A stretch of 62,887 nucleotides of DNA, filler included, from Deltaproteobacteria bacterium (GCA_030698575.1; 11 parts of 11 records of this genome joined end to end with filler, not necessarily neighbours in it), one strand, 5' to 3'; counted from the first letter of the whole stretch, positions 19,330 to 30,188 are shown. Numbers and translations: made by a program. The notes: a model not told the origin generated them from the letters alone.

Positions 19330-20534
19330 GAGACACCTACCTGCCCGAGCGGGCGGCCGCCGCCGTCCGGCTTTCCGAGCTGGCCTCGCGCTGGAAGGAA
19401 CGCGGCCACGAGGTCACCGTCGTCACCGGGAATCCCCACTATCCCGAGGGGCGCATCTTCCCGGGCTACGCCAACAAGCTCTTCGCCCGGGACGAGGTGA
19501 ACGGCGTGCCGGTGCACCGCGTTATCACGGTCCCCTACGGGCGCGGCGCCATCGGCAAGCGCATCATCAACCAACTGCTCTTTGCGTTTCTTCCTGCGCT
19601 TCTCGACCGGGCGGGTCCCGCCGACGTCGTGGTTGCCTCCTCGCCCCCTCTCACGATTGGTTTCTGCGGCTGGCTCATGGCACTGCGCCGCCGCGTGCCG
19701 CTGGTCTTCGACGTGCGCGATCTCTATCCCGACGTCGCGCTCGCGCTCGGCGTGTTGCGGCCGGGTCCCGTCGCGAGCGCCTTCGACTGGCTCGCCCGGT
19801 TCACTTATGAGAAGTCGGCCGCTGTCGTGACGGCCACGCCGTCGCTGACGGATGCGCTGCGCGAGAAGGGCGTTCCCGCCGGCAAGCTCTTCACCGTGCC
19901 GAACGGCGCCAATACCGAGCGCTTCGCGCCGGCCCCGCGCGATGCGGCGGTGCGCGCCCGCTACGGCATCGCGCCGGATGCGTTCCTGGCGGGTTACGTA
20001 GGGCTCATGGGGCGGCTGCACGGCGCCGAGGTGATCATCGCCGCCGCGGAAAAGCTGCGCGACGTTCCCGGGCTCCACTTTCTCCTGGTCGGCGAGGGCG
20101 CCGATCGCGCCGGCATGGAGGCGCGCGCGCGGCGGATGGGCCTCACGAACGTGACCTTCGGCGAGAGTGTCCCGGCTGAGGAGGTGCCGCGCGTGCTCAA
20201 CGCGTGCGATGCGGGGCTGGCGACGCTGAAGGCGGTTCCGCTGTCGCGCGGTGCGCTCCCCGTGAAGATCTTCGAGATGATGGCCTGCGGCCTTCCGGTG
20301 GCCTTTGCGGGATGGGGCGGCTTCGAGGGCATCCTGCGGGATCAGGGCGCGGGGATCGTCGTGCCCTGCGAGGAGCCCGACGCCCTTGCAGGGGCCGTCC
20401 GCACGCTGGCCTCCGACCCCGCCGCGGCGCGCGAGATGGGAAAGAAGGGGAGGGCCTTCGTCGAGGCGCGCTTCGACCGTCGCGCCCTCGCCGATACGTA
20501 CCTCGAGATACTCGGGAAGCTGAAAGAAGGATAG
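19311..20534 (+). CDS. GT4 glycosyltransferase (WbuB-like)
   Basis: GHEVTVVTGNPHYP, DVRDLYP, PVKIFEMMACGLPV. Confidence 0.9.
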   Translation: MRILLLGDTYLPERAAAAVRLSELASRWKERGHEVTVVTGNPHYPEGRIFPGYANKLFARDEVNGVPVHRVITVPYGRGAIGKRIINQLLFAFLPALLDRAGPADVVVASSPPLTIGFCGWLMALRRRVPLVFDVRDLYPDVALALGVLRPGPVASAFDWLARFTYEKSAAVVTATPSLTDALREKGVPAGKLFTVPNGANTERFAPAPRDAAVRARYGIAPDAFLAGYVGLMGRLHGAEVIIAAAEKLRDVPGLHFLLVGEGADRAGMEARARRMGLTNVTFGESVPAEEVPRVLNACDAGLATLKAVPLSRGALPVKIFEMMACGLPVAFAGWGGFEGILRDQGAGIVVPCEEPDALAGAVRTLASDPAAAREMGKKGRAFVEARFDRRALADTYLEILGKLKEG

Positions 20535-20536
20535 CG

Positions 20537-21718
20537 ATGCGAATTCTCTTTCTTGCGGAAGCGCCGAGCCCCTACGCGCGGGAATGGGCGGAGCACTTCG
20601 CGTCGGCCTTCGGGCACCACGTGCACTTTGCCTCGCTGCAGGCGCCACGCGATTCCTTCCGCGGCGTTACCTTTCACCCCCTTGCCGGCGCCGGCGCCCG
20701 TGGCTCCGGCCGCCTCGGCTACCTCGCGGCCCTCCCGGCGGCGCGGCGCCTCGGCCGATCGATCAATCCTGACGTCACCATCGCCTACCGGGTGACCAGC
20801 TACGGCGTGCTGGGGGCGCTTGCGGGGCTGCGCCCCCTGGTGCTGGCGGCGCAGGGGCAGCACATCGCCTACCCTCCGACTTCACGGCTCAAGCGCGCGC
20901 TGGCGCGCTACGCCCTCCGCCGGGCCGATCTCGTGCTCGCCTGGGGCGCCCACATGGCGGGCAACATGGTCAGGCTCGGCTGCGAGCGCGCGAAGATCCG
21001 GACGATCGCTTACGGGATCGACACTGTTCGCTACCGCCCCGACCCGGCGCGCCGTCACCCCGGCCGGCCGCCCCGCCTTCTCTCGACCCGCGCCATGCGG
21101 CACGACTACAATCAGGAGTTGATCCTGCGCGCCATCCCGGACGTTGCGAAGGAATTCCCGGACGTCCGCTGGACGGCGGTGGGGGAGGGGCCCGATCGGG
21201 CGCGTCTTCTGGCGCTCGGGAAGGTTCTCGACGTTGCGGGCCATCTCGATTTTCCCGGACGCGTGAGCGGCGAGCAGCTGCTCGCGCACCTGCGCGACTG
21301 CGACGTCTATCTCTCCGCCGTCCGGACCGACGGCGTGAGTGCATCGCTGCTCGAAGCGATGGCCTGCGGAGGGTGGCCGGTCGTGATCGACAACGAGGCG
21401 AACCGGCTCTGGATCCGTCCGGGTGAGAACGGCGATCTCGTGGCCCCGGATGATCCGGACGCAATGGCGCGGGCCATCGTCGCCGCCCTGCGGGGAACCG
21501 AACGGGCGGCGGCCGCGCGCGAGGAGAACCGCGCGCTGGTCGAATCGCGGGCGTCGCTCACGCGCAACATGGCGGTCATCGACGGCATGATCCGCGCGCT
21601 GGTCGGGGGCGGCGCGGCCCGCGTGCCGCCCGTGCCCGCCGATCTCGAAGTGCCGCCGCCCGAATGGCGGGATCGCGCGGCGGCGGGCCCAAAGGCGCGG
21701 GAGGAAGGCGCGGCGTGA
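20537..21718 (+). CDS. GT4 glycosyltransferase
   Basis: DGVSASLLEAMACG; ATG at 20537. Confidence 0.88.
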   Translation: MRILFLAEAPSPYAREWAEHFASAFGHHVHFASLQAPRDSFRGVTFHPLAGAGARGSGRLGYLAALPAARRLGRSINPDVTIAYRVTSYGVLGALAGLRPLVLAAQGQHIAYPPTSRLKRALARYALRRADLVLAWGAHMAGNMVRLGCERAKIRTIAYGIDTVRYRPDPARRHPGRPPRLLSTRAMRHDYNQELILRAIPDVAKEFPDVRWTAVGEGPDRARLLALGKVLDVAGHLDFPGRVSGEQLLAHLRDCDVYLSAVRTDGVSASLLEAMACGGWPVVIDNEANRLWIRPGENGDLVAPDDPDAMARAIVAALRGTERAAAAREENRALVESRASLTRNMAVIDGMIRALVGGGAARVPPVPADLEVPPPEWRDRAAAGPKAREEGAA

Positions 21719-23142
21719 ACCACCTTCTCGAAAGGATCTACGCGGTCGCGCCTGACTGGTTCCAGACGGCGGCGCTTAACGCCTTCGGCTGGAAGATCCG
21801 CCACGAGCGCTTCAACGCGGACTACGACCGGTGGCAGCGCGTTTTCGCCGAGAACGAACGGCGCTCCTGGAGCGATCTCCGCGACGAGCAGGACGAGCGG
21901 CTGCGCTCGCTCGTGGCGCACGCCTTCGAGAAGGTTCCTCACTACCGCGAGATGATGCAGGGACGCGGCCTCGCGCCCGGCGACATCCGCGGGGCCGCCG
22001 ATCTTCCGAAACTCCCCGTGCTCACCAAGGATATCCTGCGAACGCGCCTGGGTGCGCTGGTCGCGCGTGATGTCCGCGCGAGCAGCCTCCGGAAGGGAAA
22101 CAGCTCCGGCACGACGGGCTCGCCCGTGACGGTCCTCTGGGACCGGCGGGTGGAGGTGGCCAACAACGCGGCCCACTGGCGCGCGCGGCGCTGGGCGGGT
22201 TTCGCTTTCGGCGACAGTTACGTGAGCCTGCTCGGCCGCACCATCATTCCCATCGGCCGCACCCGGCCCCCCTACTGGCTGTGGAATTCCGCCTGGCGCC
22301 AGCTCCTCATCTCGAGTTTTCATCTCAAGGAAGAAAACCTGCCGCTCTACCTCGAAGCCATGGCCGATCGACAGGTGCGCTTTCTCGACGCCTATCCGAG
22401 CACCGGTTTCGTGCTCGCTCGCTTCCTGGTCGAATCGGGACGGACCTTCCCGCTGAAAGCCGTCGTCCTCTCCTCGGAGACGCTGCTTCCCTTCCAGCGC
22501 GAGACGATCGAGCGGGCCTTCGCCTGCCCGGTCTTCGATATCTACAGCCTGGCCGAGCGGGTCATGTTCGCGGGCGAGTGCGATCGTCATGAGGGGCTCC
22601 ACGCACAGCCTGAGTTCGGCGTGCTCGAGACGGTCGACGAACGGGGAGAGCCGGTGCCGGCGGGATCGCCGGGGCGCGTGGTGGCGACGGGGCTTCAGAA
22701 CTACGGGATGCCGCTCATCCGATACGAGGTGGGCGACGTGAGTTCTATCATGCAGGAGCCCTGTGCCTGCGGGATGGCGCTTCCGCGCATGGCGCCCGTG
22801 ACCACCAAGGCTGAAGACATCGTCGTGACACCCGAGGGGCGTTTCATATCGTCGTCGACGCTCACGCACCCCTTCAAGCCGATGGTCAACGTGGAGAAGA
22901 GCCAGATCGTCCAGGAGCGCCCCGACCGCGTGACCGTGAAGATCGTCCGGCGGCCGGCTTACACCGATGCCGACACGCACACGCTCGTCGCCGCCCTGGC
23001 CGAGCGCCTGGGCCCTTCCGTCAAGATCGACGTCGAGTTCGTCGACGACATTCCCCGCGGGCCCAGCGGCAAGTACCGCTGGGTTATCTCGAAAGTCCCC
23101 CTCCGCTTCGGCGTAAGCGCAGAGGCCAATCTGTACGAGTAG
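21715..23142 (+). CDS. Phenylacetate--CoA ligase family protein (CapK-like)
   Basis: LPVLTK, SSGTTGSP, MPLIRYEVGD, SGKYR; lies in the GT operon. Confidence 0.88.
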   Translation: MNHLLERIYAVAPDWFQTAALNAFGWKIRHERFNADYDRWQRVFAENERRSWSDLRDEQDERLRSLVAHAFEKVPHYREMMQGRGLAPGDIRGAADLPKLPVLTKDILRTRLGALVARDVRASSLRKGNSSGTTGSPVTVLWDRRVEVANNAAHWRARRWAGFAFGDSYVSLLGRTIIPIGRTRPPYWLWNSAWRQLLISSFHLKEENLPLYLEAMADRQVRFLDAYPSTGFVLARFLVESGRTFPLKAVVLSSETLLPFQRETIERAFACPVFDIYSLAERVMFAGECDRHEGLHAQPEFGVLETVDERGEPVPAGSPGRVVATGLQNYGMPLIRYEVGDVSSIMQEPCACGMALPRMAPVTTKAEDIVVTPEGRFISSSTLTHPFKPMVNVEKSQIVQERPDRVTVKIVRRPAYTDADTHTLVAALAERLGPSVKIDVEFVDDIPRGPSGKYRWVISKVPLRFGVSAEANLYE

Positions 23143-23160
23143 GTTGCGCCGCATATCATT

Positions 23161-23295
23161 GCCGCATGTCATTGCGAGACCCGAGGTTCCGCGCGAAGCG
23201 CGGGCCGAGACATTCTTGGAATGCCCGACGAAGCAACCCCCCTGCTCCCTCTCCCGCATGTCATTGCGAGGAGCGTTAGCGACGAAGCAATCCCC
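23161..23295 (+). repeat. Two tandem REP/RPE-like units
   Basis: CCGCATGTCATTGCGAG...CGACGAAGCAA(C/T)CCCC at 23161-23240 and 23254-23295. Confidence 0.75.
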
Positions 23296-23398
23296 CGGCA
23301 GCGGGACGTCCTGCGGGTGCGCGGCCGGCTCGCGCCAAGCGCGCGGGGACGCCCGCCTGCGCGCGGAAAGTCCGCGCTCCCCAGCCGTGTGGATCGAC

Positions 23399-24655
23399 TC
23401 AGGGGTCAAATCGCTCGCGCAGATGCGGCGGAAGCAGGGGACAGGTGTCGGTCGGTCGGCGGAAGAGGCGGTAGCGAACGCGCGCCACGCCGGCGTAGGC
23501 CGCATCGCGCACCGGACGGGGCACCGCGCGCGTCGCGATCGCGAGGAGTCGCCAGAACCCGCCGAGCCGCGAGAGCAGGCGGATGAACGCGGCGGATCGT
23601 GTCAGCAGCGCGCCCTCCGGCGTGGCGACGACGATGCTGTCGGGCAAGGTCGCGCGCTCTGCCGGGCTCGCGACCTTCTCGACGGTTGCGCCCTGAAGCG
23701 GCGCGAAGCGGAAGGCCTGGCCCGCTTCGTCCTCGGACAGCAGGAACCTGACCGCGCGGTGGCAGAGGCCGCAGGTGCCGTCGTAGAGCAGCAGATCCGG
23801 GCGCTCTGCCGCGAGCGGCTTCACCCAGTCGGGATTGAAAGTGAACAGGTGCAGCATCGCCATGCCGAGCGTGAGATCGGCGAAGTCGATCACCCCCATG
23901 AGCGAGAGGTGCATGCCGAGCGCGGCCGTCCAGAGGATCGGGCGGAGACGCCTTACCAGCGCGAGCGGCGCGAAGAGAAGCTCGAGCCCGAGGGCGCCCC
24001 AGGTGGCGCCCTTCATGATCCAGAGCGGCAGCGCGAGCGCCCATTCCCGAAGGCAGGTGTCGCGGGCCAGCGGGTTGTCGAGTACGCGAAGAAGCGCCGT
24101 GCCGTCGAGCCAGGAGGGGCTCGAGAGCTTCATGACGCCGCTGTAGCTGTAGCCCAGCGCCATGAGAATCCAGGCCGCCACGAAGATCCCCTGGGGCATG
24201 CGCCATCCGGCGCCGGGGTCCACCCGTCCGCGGGCAGCGAGGGAGCCGAAGGGGGCGGGAGGGAGGAAGGCGTGGGCCAGGAGCAGCCAGCCGACGTAGG
24301 GGAGCCCCGGATTGGCGATGAGCGGGTTGCGCCCGAAGAGGCAGGCAAGCACGTACCAGAGCGCCACCGCCGCAATGCGATCCCGCCATCCCGCCGCGAA
24401 GAGCCCGCTCAGCGCAACGGCGCAGACCAGCAGCGCTGTCACGAAACGGGGCGTATCGAGCCACGCGAACACGTTGAGCGGTACGAGCAGCGGGCTGGCC
24501 GATCCCTCCGGAATAACGCCGGCCGAAGAGAAAAGCTCCGCCCCGTAGGGGACGAGCTGGGCGAAGTGGAAGGCGAGGTATGCGCCGAAGATGGCGCGGT
24601 AGAGGCTGTACTGCCCGCCGGTCCATCCGTTCGGACGTGTGACGGGAGCACTCAT
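23399..24655 (-). CDS. HTTM-domain membrane protein fused to a DCC1-like thiol-disulfide oxidoreductase
   Basis: YSYSGVMKL..PSWLDGTA and LGMHLSL HTTM motifs; C-terminal YDGTCGLCH...RFAPLQ; start overlaps the upstream stop. Confidence 0.8.
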   Translation of the reverse strand: MSAPVTRPNGWTGGQYSLYRAIFGAYLAFHFAQLVPYGAELFSSAGVIPEGSASPLLVPLNVFAWLDTPRFVTALLVCAVALSGLFAAGWRDRIAAVALWYVLACLFGRNPLIANPGLPYVGWLLLAHAFLPPAPFGSLAARGRVDPGAGWRMPQGIFVAAWILMALGYSYSGVMKLSSPSWLDGTALLRVLDNPLARDTCLREWALALPLWIMKGATWGALGLELLFAPLALVRRLRPILWTAALGMHLSLMGVIDFADLTLGMAMLHLFTFNPDWVKPLAAERPDLLLYDGTCGLCHRAVRFLLSEDEAGQAFRFAPLQGATVEKVASPAERATLPDSIVVATPEGALLTRSAAFIRLLSRLGGFWRLLAIATRAVPRPVRDAAYAGVARVRYRLFRRPTDTCPLLPPHLRERFDP

Positions 24656-25152
24656 CCGCAGGGCGCCTCGAAGACCAGCGGCAGATCCGTGACCGGCGAG
24701 CCCGGAAGCGGGACGAGGCGAACCCGCACGGGGCCGACGATCGCCGCGGGATCGAGACCGATCTCCCGCAACAGGGGCGCCTTGCCGCACAGGGCATGCC
24801 GGGTGACGGCCCGGAAGAGCGGAGCGGTGCGGGGGTCGGAGGCGAGGACGGGGCCGTAAGCGAGTGCGGCACCGTAGACGTTGCGGCGGTTGTAGGGCCC
24901 GCGCACGCCGGCGTAGAGAGCCGGTGTGAGGGCGACGCTGGCGATCGCGCCCGATGCATCCTCGTAGTCGATGAAGAACTTCGTGGAAAAGGTTTCGAGC
25001 CCCTGAATGCTGGAGAATACTTTCGGGGCCGGCGAGGCGCCGGTCACGGCGCCGAGGGCCTTCAGGCGGGGCAGCTGCAGCATGTCGCCCGTCATCTGGA
25101 GGAGGCCAAGAACCAGGAGGAAAGCCGCCGCCGCGCCTGCCTTGCTCAGCAT
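24652..25152 (-). CDS. Hypothetical membrane-anchored protein
   Basis: N-terminal TM, ASPAPKVF and GPYNRRNVYGAA; coupled to both neighbours. Confidence 0.75.
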   Translation of the reverse strand: MLSKAGAAAAFLLVLGLLQMTGDMLQLPRLKALGAVTGASPAPKVFSSIQGLETFSTKFFIDYEDASGAIASVALTPALYAGVRGPYNRRNVYGAALAYGPVLASDPRTAPLFRAVTRHALCGKAPLLREIGLDPAAIVGPVRVRLVPLPGSPVTDLPLVFEAPCG

Positions 25153-25156
25153 CGGT

Positions 25157-25891
25157 TCATTCCGCCCTGGCCGCCTTGACCGCGTTCACGTCGACGCCCA
25201 TCAGCATCTCCGCCAGGCGCTGCTCGCTCTCGCCAAAGCCGCAGCGGTCGGACCACTTCTTCGGGTTGTAGAGCGTCCCGAACATGAAATCCCAGAGCGG
25301 CAGGTCGGCGTAGTTGTAGTGATGGAGGCCCTCCTGGTGGTGCACGCAGTGGCTTTCCGGGCGCTGCACGATGAAGCCGAGCCAGTAAGGCGTTGAGACG
25401 TTCCAGTGGTAGAACAACTCGGCGATGCCGGTGAGCAGGACCGCGTAGGCCCCTGCCGCGGGGCCGACGCCGACGACGAAGTAGAGGATGGCGGCCGAGA
25501 GCAGGCTGTTGATGAAGATCTCGACGGGATGCTTGTAGAAGCTGGTGATGATTTCGATCCGGCGCGGGCTGTGGTGCACCTGATGAATCCAGCGCTACAG
25601 AAAGCCCACCCGGTGCCGCAGCCGGTGCCACCAGTAGTAGATGAAGGTAATCGCCAGGTAGCCGGCCACCGCGCCTCCAGTGACCCCGAGCACGTCGGCC
25701 GAAAACAGACGGTGGCGCGCCATCCAGGGCTCCCAGAGCACGCCCGCGGCGAGCACGATTCCGACCTGGCATCCGTTCAGGAGCGTGGCGCGGACCCACC
25801 AGCCGGCAACCACCGGCCAGCGCCGCCCGGGGCGCGCAAGCTCGACGGCGAGCATCACGACTGCGAATGAGAGCGCGGCGATGAGTATCAT
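25157..25891 (-). pseudogene. Sterol desaturase/fatty acid hydroxylase family gene with an in-frame TAG
   Basis: His boxes HRLRH, HQVHH and HCVHH lie in one frame, interrupted by TAG at 25595-25597 (FL*RWIHQVHHS). Confidence 0.75.
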
Positions 25892-26027
25892 GGTGTTCCC
25901 CGCCGGCAGGGCCCCGCGCCCCGTCCCGGGCCCCGGTACCGCCGGAAGTGCAGGTTCCGTCGAGCCGGGTCGCGAGTCAAGATCTAACAAGCGATGGCAC
26001 GGGAAGCGCGTGCTTGAAAACGCCGCA

Positions 26028-26086
26028 GGGGGATTGCTTCGCGCTGAACCTCGGGCCTCGCCTCGGGCCTCGCAATGCCATGCGGC
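26028..26086 (-). repeat. Inverted copy of the REP/RPE-like unit
   Basis: Reverse complement GCCGCATGGCATTGCGAGGCCCGAGG...TTCAGCGCGAAGCAATCCCC matches the 23161-23295 units. Confidence 0.75.
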
Positions 26087-26274
26087 CCCTTTACACCCGC
26101 CGATGGGCGTGCAATAAAACAGCCTGTTCGGCCAGAATCGATCCACGCCAGTCAAATTCATCCTGCCAGCAGCGAAGTTCTGTACTAGATTGACCCCTGC
26201 GCCCCCGGCGTTCATTCGCGCCCCGGCCGGCGCCGGGTTCCGGCCCCTGAAACACGAAAGGAGAGCCCCCCCCG

Positions 26275-27758
26275 ATGGCAGTCCGGATGACCGTCCGCCG
26301 AGCCATTCTCTCCGTTTCCGACAAGCGCGGGCTCGTCGAGTTCGCTCGGGGACTCGCCGGGCTGGGCGTTTCGCTCCTGGCGTCGGGCGGCACCGCCAAG
26401 GCCCTGAAGGACGCGGGGCTCTCGGTGCAGGAAATTTCCGACTACACGAACTCGCCCGAGATGCTTGATGGGCGGGTGAAGACCCTCCATCCGAAGATCC
26501 ACGGCGGGCTACTTGGCCTGCGCGACAATCCCGATCACATGAGCGCCATGGCAGCGCACGGCATCGAGCCGATCGATCTCGTGGCTGTGAACCTCTATCC
26601 CTTCGAGCAGACCATCGCGCGGCCGGGTGTCTCTCTCGAGGACGCGATCGAGAACATCGACATCGGCGGCCCTTCGCTGCTCCGATCGGCGTCGAAGAAC
26701 CACCGGAGCGTCGTTGTCCTCGTGGACCCCGGCGACTACCCGCGCGTTCTCGACGAGATGCGCCGGGGTGACGGCGAGGTCGGCGAAGCGACTCGCAGCG
26801 CGCTCGCCGCCAAGGCCTTCGCGCACACCTCCCGCTACGACGGCCTCATCGCCGGCTACCTCGGGCGCCTGGGTGCCGGCGCCGAAGACTCCCAATCCCC
26901 GTTTCCGGACAGTTTCACCGCCGGCCTTCCCAAGGCCGCCGATCTGCGTTACGGCGAGAACCCTCATCAGCGCGCCGCGCTCTACGGCGATTTCCTCCGG
27001 TTCGTGGAACCGCTGCACGGCAAGGAGCTTTCCTTCAACAACGTCGTCGACGCGAACGCCGCAGTTGAGCTGATCGCCGAGTTCAGCTCGCCGACCGTCG
27101 CCATCCTGAAGCACACGAACCCCTGTGGCGTGGGAAGCGGCTCGTCGCTCGTCGATGCCTGGCGGAAGGCCTTCGAGACCGACACGCAGTCCCCCTTCGG
27201 CGGCATCATCGTCGTTAACCGCCCTCTCGATCTCGCCGCCGCGAAGGCGATGGACGAGGTGTTCACGGAACTCATCATCGCGCCGGAGTTCGAGGACGGC
27301 GTCCTCGAACTGCTCTTCAAGAAGAAAAACCGCCGCATCCTCCGGATGGGGGCGGGAATCGAGGAAAGCGCGGGCGGCGTGGCCGCGATGGATTGGAAGC
27401 GGGTGGCCGGCGGTGTCCTGGTGCAGGACCGCGACAGGGCGCGCGAGGAGCGCGACGGCTGGAAGGTTGTCTCGAAGCGCGCCCCGGCGGAGGAGGAGGC
27501 CGAGGCGATGCTGTTCGCCTGGCGCGTGGCCAAGCACGTGAAGTCGAACGCCATTGTCTACTCGAAGTCGGATCGGACACTCGGGATCGGCGCCGGGCAG
27601 ATGTCGCGCATTGATTCCGCCGAGATCGCCGTCTCGAAGGCCGCGAAGGCGGGCCTGTCGCTTCGCGGCTGCGCCGTTGCCAGTGACGCATTCTTCCCCT
27701 TTCGTGATTCCGTAGACACCATGGCGAAGGTCGGGGCCGCCTCTGTCATCCAGCCCGG
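26275..27758 (+). CDS. purH: Bifunctional AICAR transformylase/IMP cyclohydrolase, 3' truncated
   Basis: GRVKTLHP, DIGGP, LRYGENPHQ, KHTNPCG, SDAFFPF. Confidence 0.97.
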
Positions 27759-27858
27759 NNNNNNNNNNNNNNNNNNNNNNNNNNNNNNNNNNNNNNNNNN
27801 NNTTAATTAATTAANNNNNNNNNNNNNNNNNNNNNNNNNNNNNNNNNNNNNNNNNNNN
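27759..27858. other. Artificial contig linker
   Basis: N44-TTAATTAATTAA-N44. Confidence 0.98.
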
Positions 27859-30188
27859 TTCCAGCCCGCGTCGTGCGCGGGGGGCGGAACCGGCGATCCG
27901 ATGGTCACCACCAGCCCGCCCTGCTCCTCGAAGGCCTGCCGGTCGAGGACCTGGAAGAAAACCAGGTGCATGTGCATGGGATGGGTGACCCCCGAGCGGT
28001 TGACGAAGGTCCATACCTCGGTCGTGTCGAGCTCCGGGAACTCGGTGATGTCCACCCACTTGCTGCCGGTGGCGGCGCCGTTCAGACCCTGCGTCGTGAC
28101 GACTTCCCACTCGAAGGGCGCGCAGGGATCGCTCGGGCCCTTCTTCAGCTCGAAGGTCCGCTCGATGACGGCGTCGTTCTCGTCGAGCACCTCGAGCGTC
28201 CTGAGCGTCGAGGGCACGGGATCCGTGTCGCCCGCCTCCGCCTGAACGATGAACTTCATTACCTCCGGAATGACGCCCACTCCCGGCGTGCCGGGGAAAG
28301 GCGCAGGCGCATCGTTCTGAAGGATGATCTCCGTTCCCGTGGCATAGGGCGCGAAGTCGATGATCGTGTCCGCCCGCTCGGCGGGCCCGAGCGTAATCTC
28401 GGTCACGGTCACCGGCGCGGGAAGCAGCCCGCCCTCCTGGCCGATGATCCGCATGGACGCGCCGTTCGAGAGCGACAGCCGGACGGTCCGCGAATTGCAT
28501 CCGTTCAGGAGTCGGAGACGGTACTTCCCCTTCTTCACGTTCAGGTAAGGCCAGGCCTTCCCGTTCACGACGAAGGTGTCGCCGAAGAAGTGATCCTGCC
28601 ATGCCGACGGGTACTGCAGCGAGCCGTCTGGGTTGAACGTGCGGTCCTGGATGGCCACCGGGATCTCGAACTCCCCCGCGGGGAGGTCGAGCGCCTGCTC
28701 CACGGAATCGCGGATCAGGTAGAACGCCGCGAGCCCCATGTAGACGTTGAGGCGCGTGATCCCCAGCGCGTGATCGTGGAACCACAGCGTCGAGGGGATC
28801 TGGTTGTTGGGGTAAACGTAGGTCTCCTGGTTGCCCGGGAGGAAGGTGTCCTCCGGGTAGCCGTCGAACGCCGCCGGCACGTGCCCGCCATGAAGGTGCA
28901 CCACCGTGCGCACGCTCTGGTCATCCGCGCCGTGCGGACAGGTGTCGACGTTCAGGTAATGCGAGGTGCGGTTCAGGCCCGTGTCGAAATCCTTGATGTC
29001 GTTGATCCAGTTGATGGTCACGGGCTGGTCACTTGTCGCCTCGATGGTCGGCCCCGGGAAGCTGGCGCCCGTCGGGCCGTCGCCGTAGCCCCAGAGCCGC
29101 GTGGGGTTGGCCAGCTCGGTGTGGAGCTGCTGCTCGATCTCGCGCATGGCGATGTTGTACGCAGCCACGCCGCCCGGGCTCCCCGTCGAAGGCTGGGCGA
29201 CCGCGGGGATGGGCAGCGCGTCGAGGTAGGGCGTGAGCACGACCGGGCAGGGGTTGGGCGCGCAGGTGGTCGTGTTCCCCTGGAACGTTCCTCCGCCGCC
29301 CGTGCAGCTCGCCTCCGTGATCTCGTTGCAGGTCGCCGTGGCGTCGGGAAAGCAGCAGGCCCCCGTCGGCTGCGGGCAGGGGTTGGGGCTGCAGACCGTG
29401 CCCGAGCCCTGATAGGCGCCGCCGCAGGCGCCGCCGGGATCCAGCACCACCGTGCAGCCGCCGCCCGCGTCGCAGCAGGCGCCCGTGGGAGCCGGCGGCG
29501 TGAAGTTGATCGTCAGCATGGGGCGCTGGGTGGTGATCGGATTGGTGCGGCTGTCGAAGCGCTTGGCCACCCGTGTGCCGGTCTCGTTCCCGAGGATGAT
29601 CCAGCCGAAGTTGGTGGCGGGGTTGTTGAGCCAGCCCAGGACGTCGGCGGCCATGCCGGCGGAGGACCAGGAATAGAAGCTGTTCTGCCCGCCGAGGCTC
29701 GTCGTGGCGCTCGCCGTCGCGTTGTAGTCGCCGCCGTTCGTGGTCCAGGTGGTCGTGCTATAGAAGCGGTGGGTCCACGTGGCGTCGCCCGTGGCGGCGC
29801 TCGTTCCCGCCCCTTCCTCTCCGCTGGCGTTCGACGTCCCCTCGCCCCAGTCGGCGAGCAGCTTGTGCAGCGCGCCGGTGCCGCTCTGGGTCCGCGTGCG
29901 CGAGACGAACACCTGGAGCGAGACGCTGTTGATCGTCGAGCCGGCGGGGATCGACCCCGCGATGTCGAACGCGATCAGCGCCCGGCGGGTGAAGTTCACG
30001 CCGTCCTTCGTGTTGCCCGTGAATATGTAATCGCCGGCGCCGTTGCTGAAGGTGCCGTTCTCTTCGAAGATCGTGTTGTCCTTGCTGGCGCCGATCGTGA
30101 GCACGTCCCCCCATGCGAAACCGGGCGCCGCCAGCAGGAGGGCGATGGCTGCAACCGCGCCGAACGCGAGTTTTAGACCGTGGCTCAT
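27859..30188 (-). CDS. Secreted multicopper oxidase (CotA/bilirubin oxidase-like) with N-terminal DNRLRE-like and Cys-rich domains, 3' truncated
   Basis: Signal peptide; VHLHGG, WFHDH and HPMHMH copper motifs; two GACC...PNPC repeats. Confidence 0.88.

Noticed and set aside
23144..24859. Long plus-strand ORF, and many similar shadow ORFs across the window
   Set aside because: Antisense or off-frame to well-supported genes, Arg/Ala/Pro-rich, expected in high-GC DNA
25995..26010. TGGCACG as a sigma-54 promoter for purH
   Set aside because: The -12 element is poor (GCGC rather than TTGC) and it is far from the gene
26090..26274. ZMP/ZTP riboswitch upstream of purH
   Set aside because: Conserved aptamer motifs not recognisable
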